Source: a virus. From it: a stretch of 64,000 bases of DNA. The notes beneath the pieces were generated by a model. That model saw nothing but the letters and a program-made list of their open reading frames with translations. It did not search any database and was not told the origin of the DNA. The translations under genes and the position numbers were made by a program. Shown here piece after piece: positions 46,455 through 57,673 of this stretch. The number at the start of each line of letters is the position of its first letter. Position 1 is the stretch's first letter. The stretch is taken from positions 135,099 through 199,098 of the IMG/VR virus record IMGVR_UViG_3300037993_001242; one strand, written 5' to 3'.

Positions 46455-46723
46455 GCTGGTTGAAAGAACGAATCAATCCGCTGCCGGGCTTTTTCCACAG
46501 CCACGATCTGCTCGTCCCGCGAACCGACCGTATATCGGAACTGGCCTTTGACCAGATAGCCTTTGACCAGCGGATAACGCACCTGAATGGTGCTGGTGTG
46601 ATTCTTGTTGCGCCCAGCCTTGCCACCACGCTTATTGGCCTCGGCGATGGTGTAACCCCGGTAATTCTCCCGGCCTGTCCAGACGGGCTTGCGCAAATGA
46701 AGATCATGTTCGGTCTGGCTCAT
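46451..46723 (-). CDS. Tandem-pair paralogue B
   Basis: YRGYTIAEANKRGGKAGRNKNHTSTIQVR. Confidence 0.7.
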   Translation of the reverse strand: MSQTEHDLHLRKPVWTGRENYRGYTIAEANKRGGKAGRNKNHTSTIQVRYPLVKGYLVKGQFRYTVGSRDEQIVAVEKARQRIDSFFQPA

Positions 46724-47385
46724 GACAGCTTGGCCAGTTCGGCGTTGAGGCGCTCGATGATTTTAAGCCGCTCCTCGTTTTCGTCCTCGCGATAGCAGTC
46801 CACGGTGTTGGTCTTGCGCCGATACTTGCCGCCGAAGCCGAGATGGCCTTGGAAGCGGTACTCGTCGGTCGGATCATTGGTGTGATGCAATAAAAAGTCC
46901 GTCCGCATGGACTCTGGCGCGCCGCCAATGGAGACGAGCAGATCAAAGACCTTGTTGAACTTGTCCATCGGCACGAGCGCATCCGGCGCGATCTTAATCG
47001 AGAAGTACGGCATCCCGCCGGGCATGGCCTTCCACATTTCGCGGGGCATCAACATCGAAGCCTGCCCGGTGGCAATGCCCAGCACCAGCAGTTGTTCAAC
47101 GACCAGCAGTTGTTCAACGTTGCGGTGTTCACCCCACTGCCGCCCGTCCTTGGTCATGCAGGCATTCAGGAAGCTCCAGCCGCCGCCTTTATCGGTGCGG
47201 AATCCCTCTGGCAAACTGCTGAGCAGTTCCGCAATCTCCTGCTTGTGGCCCGCCAATCGCCCGCGATGAAAACCGAAATTGTGCAGGATGCCATTAACGA
47301 TCACCGGATCAGCCGTATCCTCGCCCTCGGCGAACAGGCAGTCCATGAAGATGGCATCGACATTTTCCGCTGTTAATTCTTTCAT
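46720..47385 (-). CDS. Hypothetical phage protein with an 18-nt in-frame tandem duplication
   Basis: GGGWSFLNACMTKDGRQWGEHRNVEQLLVVEQLLV; duplication at 47084-47119. Confidence 0.65.
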   Translation of the reverse strand: MKELTAENVDAIFMDCLFAEGEDTADPVIVNGILHNFGFHRGRLAGHKQEIAELLSSLPEGFRTDKGGGWSFLNACMTKDGRQWGEHRNVEQLLVVEQLLVLGIATGQASMLMPREMWKAMPGGMPYFSIKIAPDALVPMDKFNKVFDLLVSIGGAPESMRTDFLLHHTNDPTDEYRFQGHLGFGGKYRRKTNTVDCYREDENEERLKIIERLNAELAKLS

Positions 47386-47436
47386 AATTTTCTTTTGTAT
47401 ACGCTGTCGCGCCCGATATTTCAACCGGTAATTTGC

Positions 47437-48039
47437 TCAATAAAAGGCCCGGAATGAAGAACGGGCATTGGCACGCATCTGCGGGCGCGACCAAGATTCC
47501 ATCCAGACGCTGGGATTGTTGCGGTTTTTGTACTTGGCAAAACGGCGGCCCAGTTGGGCCATAAGCTTCAGGTTGTCCTCGGAAATTTCCGACCAGATGT
47601 CGAAGTAAATCACGTCGTACTTCATACCTTCCGGCGGCATCCACGTCGTGATGTCACCCTGAACGATCTTGATCTTTGGGTGCTTGTAGTGCTTGGCCAC
47701 CAGATCAATCACGTCTTGGTTGATCTCCACGACCGTAATCGACTGGATTCGATCCATGTTGTCCTTCAACCCGTCCAAAACCATGCCCAAGCCCAGCCCG
47801 GCCAGCAGGACGTGGCCGTGCGCCCGATACAGGAACTCGGAATTCGTCCGGCGCTCCATTTGGGTATCGGACATCACGACCGTCCCATTGATGCGCAGGC
47901 GAGCGTAGGTGCCCTCGTAGGCCGGACTGCCATGGATCATTGACATCAGCGCGTCCAGCTTGGTCACGGTGATGCGGTCAATTTCAACATTGCCCTTTTT
48001 GACGGGCCGAAACCGTTTGGCTAATTTGCTCAGGCTCAT
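47437..48039 (-). CDS. Class I SAM-dependent methyltransferase (spermidine-synthase-like fold)
   Basis: VLLAGLGLGM, ITVVEINQDVI, IVQGD, YDVIYFDIW. Confidence 0.8.
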   Translation of the reverse strand: MSLSKLAKRFRPVKKGNVEIDRITVTKLDALMSMIHGSPAYEGTYARLRINGTVVMSDTQMERRTNSEFLYRAHGHVLLAGLGLGMVLDGLKDNMDRIQSITVVEINQDVIDLVAKHYKHPKIKIVQGDITTWMPPEGMKYDVIYFDIWSEISEDNLKLMAQLGRRFAKYKNRNNPSVWMESWSRPQMRANARSSFRAFY

Positions 48040-49572
48040 CGCATGTTCTCCTTGGTGACCAATTGAATTGTGCCGATACCACGGGGCATGAGCGCCACCG
48101 TGGAATGCCCGATGGTGCGATCTATGGCAGAATACTGAAGCTCAATGCCGTACAGCCGCTGCCCATCGCGCTCCGGGGCCAAAAAGATTTCCAGATGCAC
48201 GCCCGCGTGTTCGATGGTCAAATGGTTGGTGGGCGACTGAATGAACCGCTTGACGCGGGGCGTCGAATACCACGCATCGACATAAAACGGCGACGGCGTC
48301 TGTTCGTCGGCCATCCGCGCAAGAGTGGCGTTCGCCGCATCCAATTCACGGCTGAGGTCTTTGATGTGCTCCTGTGCCCACTTGGGCAGCTTGGCGATCT
48401 GTTCGGGTGTTGGTTTCATGTTGTTTGATCTGGTTTATTTTGCGCTTTAGGCGGCGACCATTCTCCGGTGCAATGCGAAGAACGCTTTGATTTTGAGCCG
48501 GTATTCTTCCACCGTCTGGCTGTTGGCCAGAAAAGCGAAAGCCGGGCAGAGACCGTTCCGTTCGTACATCGCGGCCCCAAGCAATTCAGCATGGAGTGGA
48601 GTACGCCACGTTTGCGGGGATGCCTCCCTGCCCGGCAGAAGATTGTATTTGGCGGCCAGATGGGCGTCCTGCGGCTTGAGCCACACGTTGAGCGTAGCGC
48701 CCCGGCCCTGCTGCTTGTATTCATCAACAGCGACCCGCAGCACTTCCTCGGCGGTGCCCCGCGCATGAACGACGCGCTCGCCCCAGTGATGCTCACAGAT
48801 ATAATAGCGGCGGTAATTGTTCCAGCCCATGATGATCGCATGGCCGTTGTAGTTGGCATCGGCAGCCGCGATTGCACAACCAACACTGCCTTGACCGGCA
48901 GCATGACGGTTGATGGCGTCGATGACGCTGTAGGGTTTCTGCGGCAGGTGAAATTCCTGCATCTGGGTATTGGGTATCGGGGTTGTGTTCATGCGTTCCC
49001 TTTCTTCTTGCGTTTACCGGATTGAGCGGCTTCCAGCCGCGTCAAAATTTTGAGAGCATCGTGAACCAGTTGGCCGCCTGTTCTGGGTTCTCCGATCATT
49101 AAATCGCGTGCCCATTTTACCGTTGGTTCATCCCAATACTTGCCTTCGGTGGCTCCCATTAAAACCAGATAAGCCACGGCGCGTTTGAGCACATCGTTGC
49201 TGCCGCGCAACGCGGCATGTTCGGCCCTGATCTTGGCCAAACCAGCAGTGGAAATGTGATTGCCGAATTCATCGATGAATCGGCCCAGCGGTGTTGATTT
49301 GGTGCTGCTCATGGTAGTTGATAATTGGCGGGGTCGTACACGGCAGCCAGCACATTGCGGACAACCACGCGGCCCCTGCCGGGATGATTGTGGGAACCTT
49401 TGCCGACGTGATAGCGGGTGGGAATGCGCCGGGTTATTTCACCTTGAGCCGTGCGGCCAATAATGTGCTTGGGATATTTGGCCTTGAGGCCAGCAATCAA
49501 ACGCTGCCTGCATTCTTCTAACGTTTTGGCATCCATATACACCAATGTAGACGATGCCACGAAATCTGTCAA
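48036..49572 (-). other. Hypothetical CDSs 48036-48419, 48447-48992, 48989-49312, 49309-49572
   Basis: ATGA-coupled tiling. Confidence 0.6.
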
Positions 49573-49599
49573 TAGAAGAATTTAATGCGTAAAACCAGC

Positions 49600-49857
49600 C
49601 TAATATAGCCGTCTGGTCTGGTGGCCACCAATACCGCTGAATACAATATCTCTGGCCCATCGCTGAAACTGAGGATTGCTGCTGTTGATACACTGGTTGC
49701 AGACGACATCGGCAGTGTTCCCATTTTTACTGTGCGCTCTGGCTTCCAGATGAGTCAGCGGCTCAAAGCAGATGGCGCAATGCCACGCACCCAATGCTCG
49801 ATGCACGGAGCGTTTGAAATCATTCCGGCTCCCCTCTTCTATGAACTGCTGGAACAT
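49600..49857 (-). CDS. PExG-tag family zinc-ribbon protein (dispersed member)
   Basis: FIEEGSRNDFKRSVH; CAIC...CNQC. Confidence 0.7.
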   Translation of the reverse strand: MFQQFIEEGSRNDFKRSVHRALGAWHCAICFEPLTHLEARAHSKNGNTADVVCNQCINSSNPQFQRWARDIVFSGIGGHQTRRLY

Positions 49858-49869
49858 CGTATTTAGTGT

Positions 49870-50088
49870 ATGCCATCACAGATGAACGATTCAAACTGGT
49901 GCGGCCCCAATGCCGCTGGTATGGGCGGTACGCCCCGCACTGGCTCAGCCGACGACGGCTATGGGATGCACGGCCAAGTCTTCACCGGCGTCGCCACGCT
50001 GGGCCGAGTGTACAGCATTACCGGCCCCTATGTTGCCGGTGCCCAAGCCGCCAATACCGTGGACAGTTCCGGCACTCGCGTTTACTGA
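49870..50088 (+). CDS. Isolated plus-strand Gly/Ala/Thr-rich protein (72 aa)
   Basis: TATTTAG motif 3 nt upstream; composition resembles the other plus-strand structural-type genes. Confidence 0.55.
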   Translation: MPSQMNDSNWCGPNAAGMGGTPRTGSADDGYGMHGQVFTGVATLGRVYSITGPYVAGAQAANTVDSSGTRVY

Positions 50089-50827
50089 GTTGGGTGCGGT
50101 GGTTCGTGCCTGCTTTGGTGGGCAATTTCAAACTGCTGGCCCAACGCTCTCAACACCCGTGTCATGGCATCCAGCGCCTGCGCCATCACGTCACCGAATC
50201 CCGCGAGCATTCCCACGGTCTCGGTTACACATTTGACATGCGCTTCCTTCGACGGGAAGTGTTCCCGCTTGGCCTTGATGTGCAGTTGATCCCCCTCGAT
50301 CTTGGCGCAACTCCACGAGGTCGAAAACTCGTAAAGATATTCAGTGTGGGTCTGGGAAGCCAGCAGGACGACCCCGGCGATGTCGTGCTTGGCGAGCACA
50401 ACTTTGACTTCCTCCATCGCGGTTTTAAGTTTTGGATCAGGCATAATTAACCTCCTTTTGCTGCAACTCTACGTTTAAGTTCTGCTGAAAGTTCTTGGAT
50501 CAAAAAATCTTTGTTCAGGGACTTACCCGCCCGTTTTCGTTCGGCTGAAAAATCTTCTGCGAATTCGCGAAGACTGACCAAGTCTTCGTGCGCCAGATTG
50601 TATTTGCGGCGATACTTGTCGTGAACGATGTAGGCGGCTTTCCATTCCATGCTGCGAACCTGAGCTTGAAAATACACACCAAAATCTAACTTAGTGAGTA
50701 TGTGAACCAAACGAACACCTTTGCTTGGAATTTGCTTCCCGTCCACGGTGATGAACTCTTCAACATCGATGAATTTAAAAGCATCAGGATCAAGCGCCAT
50801 GTTTAAGTTTTGTAGCCATGGCCACAA
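50082..50827 (-). other. Hypothetical CDSs 50082-50444 and 50447-50827
   Basis: Same-strand tiling. Confidence 0.55.
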
Positions 50828-51044
50828 ATTGTCTACGATTTATTTCTTTGGCCCCGTACTTGACCGCCAGCGCCCGCTTCGCTTTGCAAATGTCATAGTG
50901 CGGATACCGCCGGTGCTGAAACCAACGGCGCGACACGCCAATCCGGTCAGCCATCATGTGTAGCGCTTCCTCAGTATCGGCCAGCAGGTGGCACATGATC
51001 ATCCGTCCATAGGGCCACACCGCCGCGTCCACGTAGACAGCCAT
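50790..51044 (-). CDS. DUF4031 family protein
   Basis: MAVYVD...CHLLADT.E.LH.MA..IG..RRWFQ...HYDI..KRALAV..GA. Confidence 0.8.
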   Translation of the reverse strand: MAVYVDAAVWPYGRMIMCHLLADTEEALHMMADRIGVSRRWFQHRRYPHYDICKAKRALAVKYGAKEINRRQFVAMATKLKHGA

Positions 51045-54000
51045 ACTGGATTTAATCAGGGTTATTTTTGTCAATGTCAGCCTCGATCCACAGCCATGCA
51101 GCACCGATCAGCATGGCGATTGAACCCGTAACGCACGTCATTATCTTCCAGTCCTTGAAGAACATGACAACGATAAACGCCGCAAACCCAAGGCAAGCGG
51201 CAACCAGCAGGCCGATGCCGACCCACTGGTAGATTTTAAGTATTTGTCGAGCAGTGGAGCTTTTCATAGTATCACCGGCGTCTACGTTTTATTCTTTTGG
51301 CCCGATTCTTCCGGTACTTCGGGATGTATGCAAGAACACAACGCTTGAAATCCTGTCGCGTTCCTTCCTCGACAAGCGCCAGTACGGGCAGACGCGCCAG
51401 TTTACCCATTTTTCTTCGGCTGTGGTTTCTTGGTCGGCGTCTCATTCGTCAAGTCGTACACCATGAAGTCGTCCGCCTGAATATCCTTGAGCAACGCCAC
51501 CAGCGACAGGCGCATTGACCGCTTGTTCATGCGTGGCGTACTAAATGCCAACGTGCGCCGCCCGCGCCGGAAACGCCAGCGAAAATCGCAGCCTTGTTTA
51601 AATAATTCAAGACGCAGCATGTTTCAAATACTCCTCCATGGACATTGTCCGCTCACATACTTTGCACTCCACCGTGTCGATGGTCTTGCGGCTCCATTCG
51701 CAGGTATGGGGCGCGTCCATGTTCTCTACTTGCGTGGAACCACAGTGCTCGCACGGCTTGGTGCCCGTGCGCTGCATACACCAGATACATTTAAGCCGGG
51801 GCATCGGTGGTATGGGTTTGATGTTTAAGCGCCAGAAACGCCTCGTTCTGTTCGTCGATCCGCTCGAACTCCAGCACCATGAACGCGGCGGCGCGCAGCA
51901 CGTGCTTCTGGGCGTCGAACCGCTCCGGGTGCCAGTATTGCTTCGGCCACGGCCAACCGGCGTGGCAAAAGCCTTCTGGCAGCGGGCCGAACCGCTGAAT
52001 TACGACGGCGCAATCCAGATGGGTCTTGGCGGCGCGAATGTACTCGTTGTGGTTCCGTTGCAACTGGTCGATGCCGGTCGCCCGAAGTCCGTCGGCTTCC
52101 GCTTGGATTATGTCTGTGGTTAGGGTCATGTTTTTCCTTTCTTAAATCGATGGTCAGGGACATACGTATCCTCGTGATCTTTAGTTCGACATCAATTAAA
52201 CCCTTCGATGAATTTACGCATTTCCATCGGGGTGCTGTTGAGACCTCCCAGCAACAGGATCGTGCCGAGTTCCAACGCGGGGTGATTTTCGGTTGCAGGG
52301 TCTTTTCGCATGTCGCTGACCATGCTTGCCCAAGCTTGGCTCGTCTCTCCCATGTCACAGTATTCGAGAGCGCGTTTCTTACACCACACCAAATGTTGTG
52401 CGCGTGTTGATGTCGAGCCAACCGGTGCATGGATTATCTTTTTGGCCGTGGACAACTCGTTATACCGGGTCATAAGCTCGTCGTACAGCGGCACCAGCGA
52501 GGGGTCGTCAGTGGATTGCAGGCCGCGCAGCGCATCGCCCAAGGATGCGAGATCATCGCGATTGCAGGCCAGCGCCCGGTCTCGGCGTATACGGTCATGT
52601 TCCGTCATGCTTGTCCTCCTCTTTCTTCATTTCCGGTTTAGTCGCCAGCCAGCGCACGATCTGTTCACATGCGGATTCGAGCGTGGTGTACCGGCAGCGA
52701 TCCAGAAAGTCCTCGTTCCGGCTGCTGGGCATTGGCTCGTACTCCCAACCGCCTTCCTTGTTGAGCACCGAACCGGCGCACACCACGGCCCACCGGCGCA
52801 CACTGTCCTCCGTCGAGCGCTCCTCGATGGTCACCCGGTCATAACCGACCTCGCTCAACATCGGAATGCGGTAAGCTTTGGGTATCAACTGCTCCGTCAA
52901 TTCTTTGGCCGTGGGTACTTTCATAAATTATTGTTTGGACAAACGGTCGTCTGAGACACACCAACCAACTAATAAGACCGCTAAGGCTATGGTGTTGAGG
53001 GCGAACAAAACTCCAAAACCTGCCCAGCCTCCTTGGGGCTGCCCTCCCGCTAAAAAGCCTATGGAACATAAGAGGTCTGCCATAAACAACGGCGTCACTA
53101 AAAAATATCTTTATCATATCGTCCAGCGGTTCATTTCGTTATTTTTTAATGGGCGCAACTTCCACCCGGACAAAATCACTCAAACCGATTTCAGCAAAGC
53201 ACGGGCAGAGCAACCCGTCAATCACGCCGTGCGCTTCGCTCGTAGGCGGGATGCCGACAACCTCGCGGTGGCAATTCGGACACCTATAAATATAACGGAC
53301 ACCAAGCTCCGACTTGGGCTTCAACTCAACCGACGGCAACAGCCGGGTTGGCACGTCGTAGCACTCGCGAACCTCACCGCAGACTTCGCACGGCCCCACG
53401 GACTTGGCCATGGAGATCGGCCAGTCCGCTGCTTTCCGGCATGGATCACAGTAAAACATATCTCAATCGCCGTCGGTGCTAATCCAAAGCATAACCCACT
53501 TGCTCATTTGTGTATACGCTTTTTTGGCAGCAGCTTTTTCAGGAACTCCAACTCGGCTCTGGCCGCTGCTCTAAACTTCTTGGAATTGCGCCCATAATCA
53601 AAATAAGCAACTTCTGCTGTGCGATAGGGTGTGTCGGCGCAGCCCGTCCGACCTGTTTTTTGCTGCACCGGGCAGCCGACACAACTGAAAGCTGCATTAT
53701 TAAACAAGTGGCACAGCGCACAGTTTCCGGGGCCGATGCCCTCGTATCGCTGTGTTTTGCCAGTAGCCAGCCGACGCCAATGGGTGATGACCTCCTTCAG
53801 AGCGTTCAAAGTTGTTGATGTCATATTGTTTTTACCTGACCAGCGGAAATTTGGTTTTGCGGTACTGCTTGCGGTATTTGATCTGGAATTGCCGCAGGCG
53901 ACCAATGGCCTGTTCAACGAATTCGTCCATCTCGTCGGGCGGCACATAGTTAAATTTATGGGCGTTGACCAGCAGGCGGTCGCTGATGCCGCCGATGATG

Positions 54001-55274
54001 GAAGTCACCCACCAAAATTCAAAGAGGTAATTTTCTTCCAGCGTTGGACAGTGGGGCAGAGCTTTGGCGGATTTACGCGGCATATCACTTCTTTCTCTTT
54101 GGCTTGATGGGCAGCCCGCAGATTTTACAGGGCGCATTGGACGAACGCGCCAAGAAAGTCCAACCGCACTTGCAGTATTTTATCTTCGTTTTCACATCAG
54201 AGGCATTATGGCAGATCGTGTATACAGCTATCCGGGTGAAATTCCCAGTAATCGCGCATGGCGAAGGTCTCGCCCAGCATGGCCGTGGCCACGCGCAGGC
54301 CGCGCAGGAACGCGTGAAGCAGTTCGGGCGTGTTGAAGGTTTCGTTCCACGCGCCTTTGTTGTCCTCCGCCACGATCTCAACCTGATATACGTCGGTCTG
54401 GGGGTCGGTCTGGCTGACTTCGATCTTGGTGACTTTGATTTTCTGTTTTTTCATATTCGATAGCGGCCCGCACCATCAGTACCGTTGGCTCGGTGTCGGC
54501 ATCCCACGACCAGAGCGCCTTGAGCAACTCCAGCCCGGCATCGTTGGTGGTGACGAAACCTTTCTTGACGGCCACGCTGATCGGCGCAATCAATGCCACG
54601 AACGGCGGAAAATTAAACTGAACGAGCACCGTCTTGTCGGCGTTGGCAGCGCGCCAGCGCCGGGCGTTCTCCGCCATGGCCTCCAGTTGGGCTTCGTATT
54701 CTGCTGCGGTCGGTGTCATACGGTTGATTTTTCCTGCTGGCCCCAGATGTGTTCGGTGACGTAATCACAAAACGCCGCCAAGACCTGTTGCTCGTAACCG
54801 GTGGCCTTGTCGATCATCGCGTCGATGGAGGCGCGCCCGATCAAGTGCTCCAACTTAAAACCAGTTACTGTGGTAAAATTTTCGCGAACTTCCTTCTGTT
54901 CAGCCGCCCACCCCACGCAGCCTGCCCACGCCTCGAACATCAACGGCATCCCCATCGGGATCAGCTTCATGCCATTGACTGGTGGTTCCGGTGGCATTGA
55001 ACATTATTTGTTGGTGTTGGACACGGTGGCGAGCGTCGGAATGAGCGCGCCTTTAATGATGCTGATGCAGACAAACAGGCCGACGCAATTCCAGAACGGG
55101 ATGATCTGGTATACCGGCGGAAGCCAGTAGAAGTACTTGGCTCCGATTCCGCAGACCGTCCATGCGATCCAAAACGGGATTGAGAGCGAGATGTTGGCAA
55201 TGAGCGAAATCGCCCATCCGATTATTGGCAACTTGTTTATCATAATTTATCCAATGAATTGGAACTTTCGTTTA

Positions 55275-55303
55275 CTTGTATACAGTGTGAAATTGGATTG
55301 CAA
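55275..55303 (-). promoter_or_regulatory. Sigma70-like promoter TTGCAA-N17-TACAAG
   Basis: GTATAC core at the same offset as the stronger copies. Confidence 0.45.
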
Positions 55304-55825
55304 TCCAAATCATTCTTCGCAAATGCACCAACGGCAACCGCAATACCGGCAGCCGGTACCGTCATGCTCTGGAATCTCGGCGTTGGCCGCATACTCAATC
55401 TCGATCTGCTCCTGCCGCGTGCGGCCCGCATGGTGCGCCTTGGTGCAGATTGGATCACAGGTCACGGTCTTTGGGTTCTGGTTGACAACCCGCGCACCGC
55501 ACACCACGCATTTGCGTCCCGGCCTCTTACTGCTCATACGCGTAAAGAACAGCCAGCGCGTGCGTCCACCTGCCCCCTGTTTAAAAAAGCAAGCGACGCC
55601 AAACGATACCAGACCGATGGTTTGTTCCTCACCGGTAACAATAAAACCCGGCCACGTCGTTCCACGCTGGCAAAACTCGCTGTGGATGGCGGCATTAGAC
55701 CCGTATTATTGAAAACACAGAACTGTTTTCAGTGCCCGTGTCACTATCCGCCGGGTCATCACAAATCATGCCACCTGTTATTAAACGACGATCCCACAGC
55801 TAACCGCCGCTCCATTGCGGATAAA

Positions 55826-55855
55826 TCAATTGCCAATCAATTGCCAACTAATTAG
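55826..55855. repeat. Tandem 11-nt repeat TCAATTGCCAA x2 followed by the palindrome CTAATTAG
   Basis: 55826-55836 and 55837-55847, then 55848-55855, in an intergenic tract. Confidence 0.7.
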
Positions 55856-56896
55856 CAAGCCAAATGCACAACCAACTGCAAACCAACCAAGTGTGCATAC
55901 TGACGCCGCCAATTTTTGTGCCATACAGGTCAAGTTGATGGCATAACAGCCCAAAACCACCTGCACAATACTATTGACAGTGTTTACTTTTCAGATTCAA
56001 AGATCAGTTTGGGCAGGAATCCAGCCTCTGTTCCCGGCTCCCGTGATTCAACCCAGATGCCTTCAATCGATATGTGCCTGCCACAACCGCCGCAAATAAA
56101 CGTAAAATGATCGGTTTGAGCCGGATCGATCTCATACTCCGTGCCCAGCGGGATTTCGTCCTTGAGCACTGGAAAGCCGCACGGGCAGATGCTCAGGCGC
56201 TTGAGCGTGACTTTATCGGCCATAACCGGGGAATATCAATTGTCCGTGTGGGTCACAAGTGCATTTGGGATACTCTTTGCGATGGCGCGCCATGATACGC
56301 TTGAAATGTCTGCGGGTTGTATCGGCAAACACGCACCACGACGCGTCCCAATCATTTGGCCCCAATTTTGCCGCCGCCAACCTGACTTCTCGTGGCAGCA
56401 GGTCTGGGCGCTTGACCGGCTTCAGGCACTCCAGCCGGATGGGCACTTCCGACGCGTATTTTTCTTCGCGGATGAACTTGATCCTATTCCTGATTGGCTC
56501 GGTGGCTGGCTCCAGCAATGACCGATGATGGATGTGCCAGTACAGTTTGGGTTTTTTCATGAACATCGAATTTCGTAGCGAGCAAGACGCCTGCTATTAT
56601 GGGCAGCGTCTGCAATTTGAGGGCATTTTTGCAAGTTATCCAAAAACTCCAACCACCACGCCGGAAACAATACTTCTTGACTTTTTGTGGCGGTGGTCTT
56701 TAGCATAGCTAAAGACCAATATCCAATGTATACAACAAAAGCAAGCCAAAAATGCCGTTCGTGATATTTTCATGATTTTGTCAGCAACAAAATTTACTGA
56801 AACCAAATTGTCGTGGTGCTGGAAGCTCGTCCTTTTGGCGGCGCTATGCCTGCTGGGCGGGTTCTTTGCCTACCTCGACATCGCCTTGACCCCGCC

Positions 56897-57175
56897 ATGA
56901 GCATTGCCCAATTCAACGACGATTGCCCCGGTTGTCGCCCGGCTGTCCTTGATCCCACCACCGGCCACGTGTTGCCACCAGAGCATCCCGTGATGGTCAC
57001 CGTCAATTCCGTATGGGCCACCACAACACTGGAAGAGCGCCGGGCCTTCCACAACGTCTGCTGCCTCAATTCACGAACCCCAGAAGACCTGAAGCTGGTG
57101 GCGGGCCTCAATGGACGCATCCAAGCCGCGTTGAACGCACTGGAGGCGTCGTCATCACAAGCCTTCGCCGAGTAG
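56897..57175 (+). CDS. Hypothetical protein (92 aa)
   Basis: MSIAQFNDDCPGCRP...; convergent with the end of the PExG array. Confidence 0.5.
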   Translation: MSIAQFNDDCPGCRPAVLDPTTGHVLPPEHPVMVTVNSVWATTTLEERRAFHNVCCLNSRTPEDLKLVAGLNGRIQAALNALEASSSQAFAE

Positions 57176-57177
57176 TT

Positions 57178-57420
57178 TCAATCGCGCAGCCGACCGCTAA
57201 GCAGAGGCGCACGAGGTATGTCGTCATCATAAAGCTGATGACGGCGCATCGGTGCAGCCATCCTCCAGTGATGTGTACCACATATCGGGCATTCCCAGAA
57301 CGACCTGATGTCCCTGTTTTTGAGGGCCACAACAAAATGTCCCCACACGCACATGTCCGTGACCACTGTATTCAGCAGGCAGTGCTTGAACTCTTTGGGA
57401 TTGCCTGCTTCAGGGATCAT
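57178..57420 (-). CDS. PExG-tag array member, zinc ribbon
   Basis: MIPEAGNPKEFKHCLL; CVWGH...CPIC. Confidence 0.8.
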   Translation of the reverse strand: MIPEAGNPKEFKHCLLNTVVTDMCVWGHFVVALKNRDIRSFWECPICGTHHWRMAAPMRRHQLYDDDIPRAPLLSGRLRD

Positions 57421-57673
57421 CGGGTTGAATGATTTTCAAATAGGCCATTTCCAGCCACGCCTGCAAGCTCATTGTTTGGGAAAGTTTATTTCCGTATTCA
57501 AGCATCACCACACCCCGACTGAAAACCTTGACCTGCACCTTCTCTAACCATTGATTTTCCAAGCCATTGCCATAAAACAACAGATAATAGCCGCCCACTT
57601 CAGGGCGCAGACCGGCACTGAAATCAAGCACCGCCCGCTTAAATTCGGCTTTGGTTCCGTCTTCGGGGATCAT
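57410..57673 (-). CDS. PExG-tag array member, Cys-free body
   Basis: MIPEDGTKAEFKRAVL. Confidence 0.8.
   Translation of the reverse strand: MIPEDGTKAEFKRAVLDFSAGLRPEVGGYYLLFYGNGLENQWLEKVQVKVFSRGVVMLEYGNKLSQTMSLQAWLEMAYLKIIQPDDP

Larger units (their letters stand above)
51052..56566 (-). other. Run of small hypothetical CDSs: 51052-51267, 51402-51620, 51607-51804, 51791-52129, 52192-52608, 52595-52924, 53139-53459, 53504-53824, 53832-54137, 54206-54454, 54378-54719, 54716-54997, 55004-55243, 55310-55537, 55984-56223, 56213-56566
   Basis: Same-strand tiling; several carry CxxC zinc ribbons without the PExG tag; 51791 has the common phage WPW...RAAA..LE.ERID motif. Confidence 0.55.

Noticed and set aside
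55259-55855. 198-aa plus-strand ORF
   Set aside because: No motif, overlaps a minus-strand Cys-rich gene and a promoter, and has no clear expression signal.
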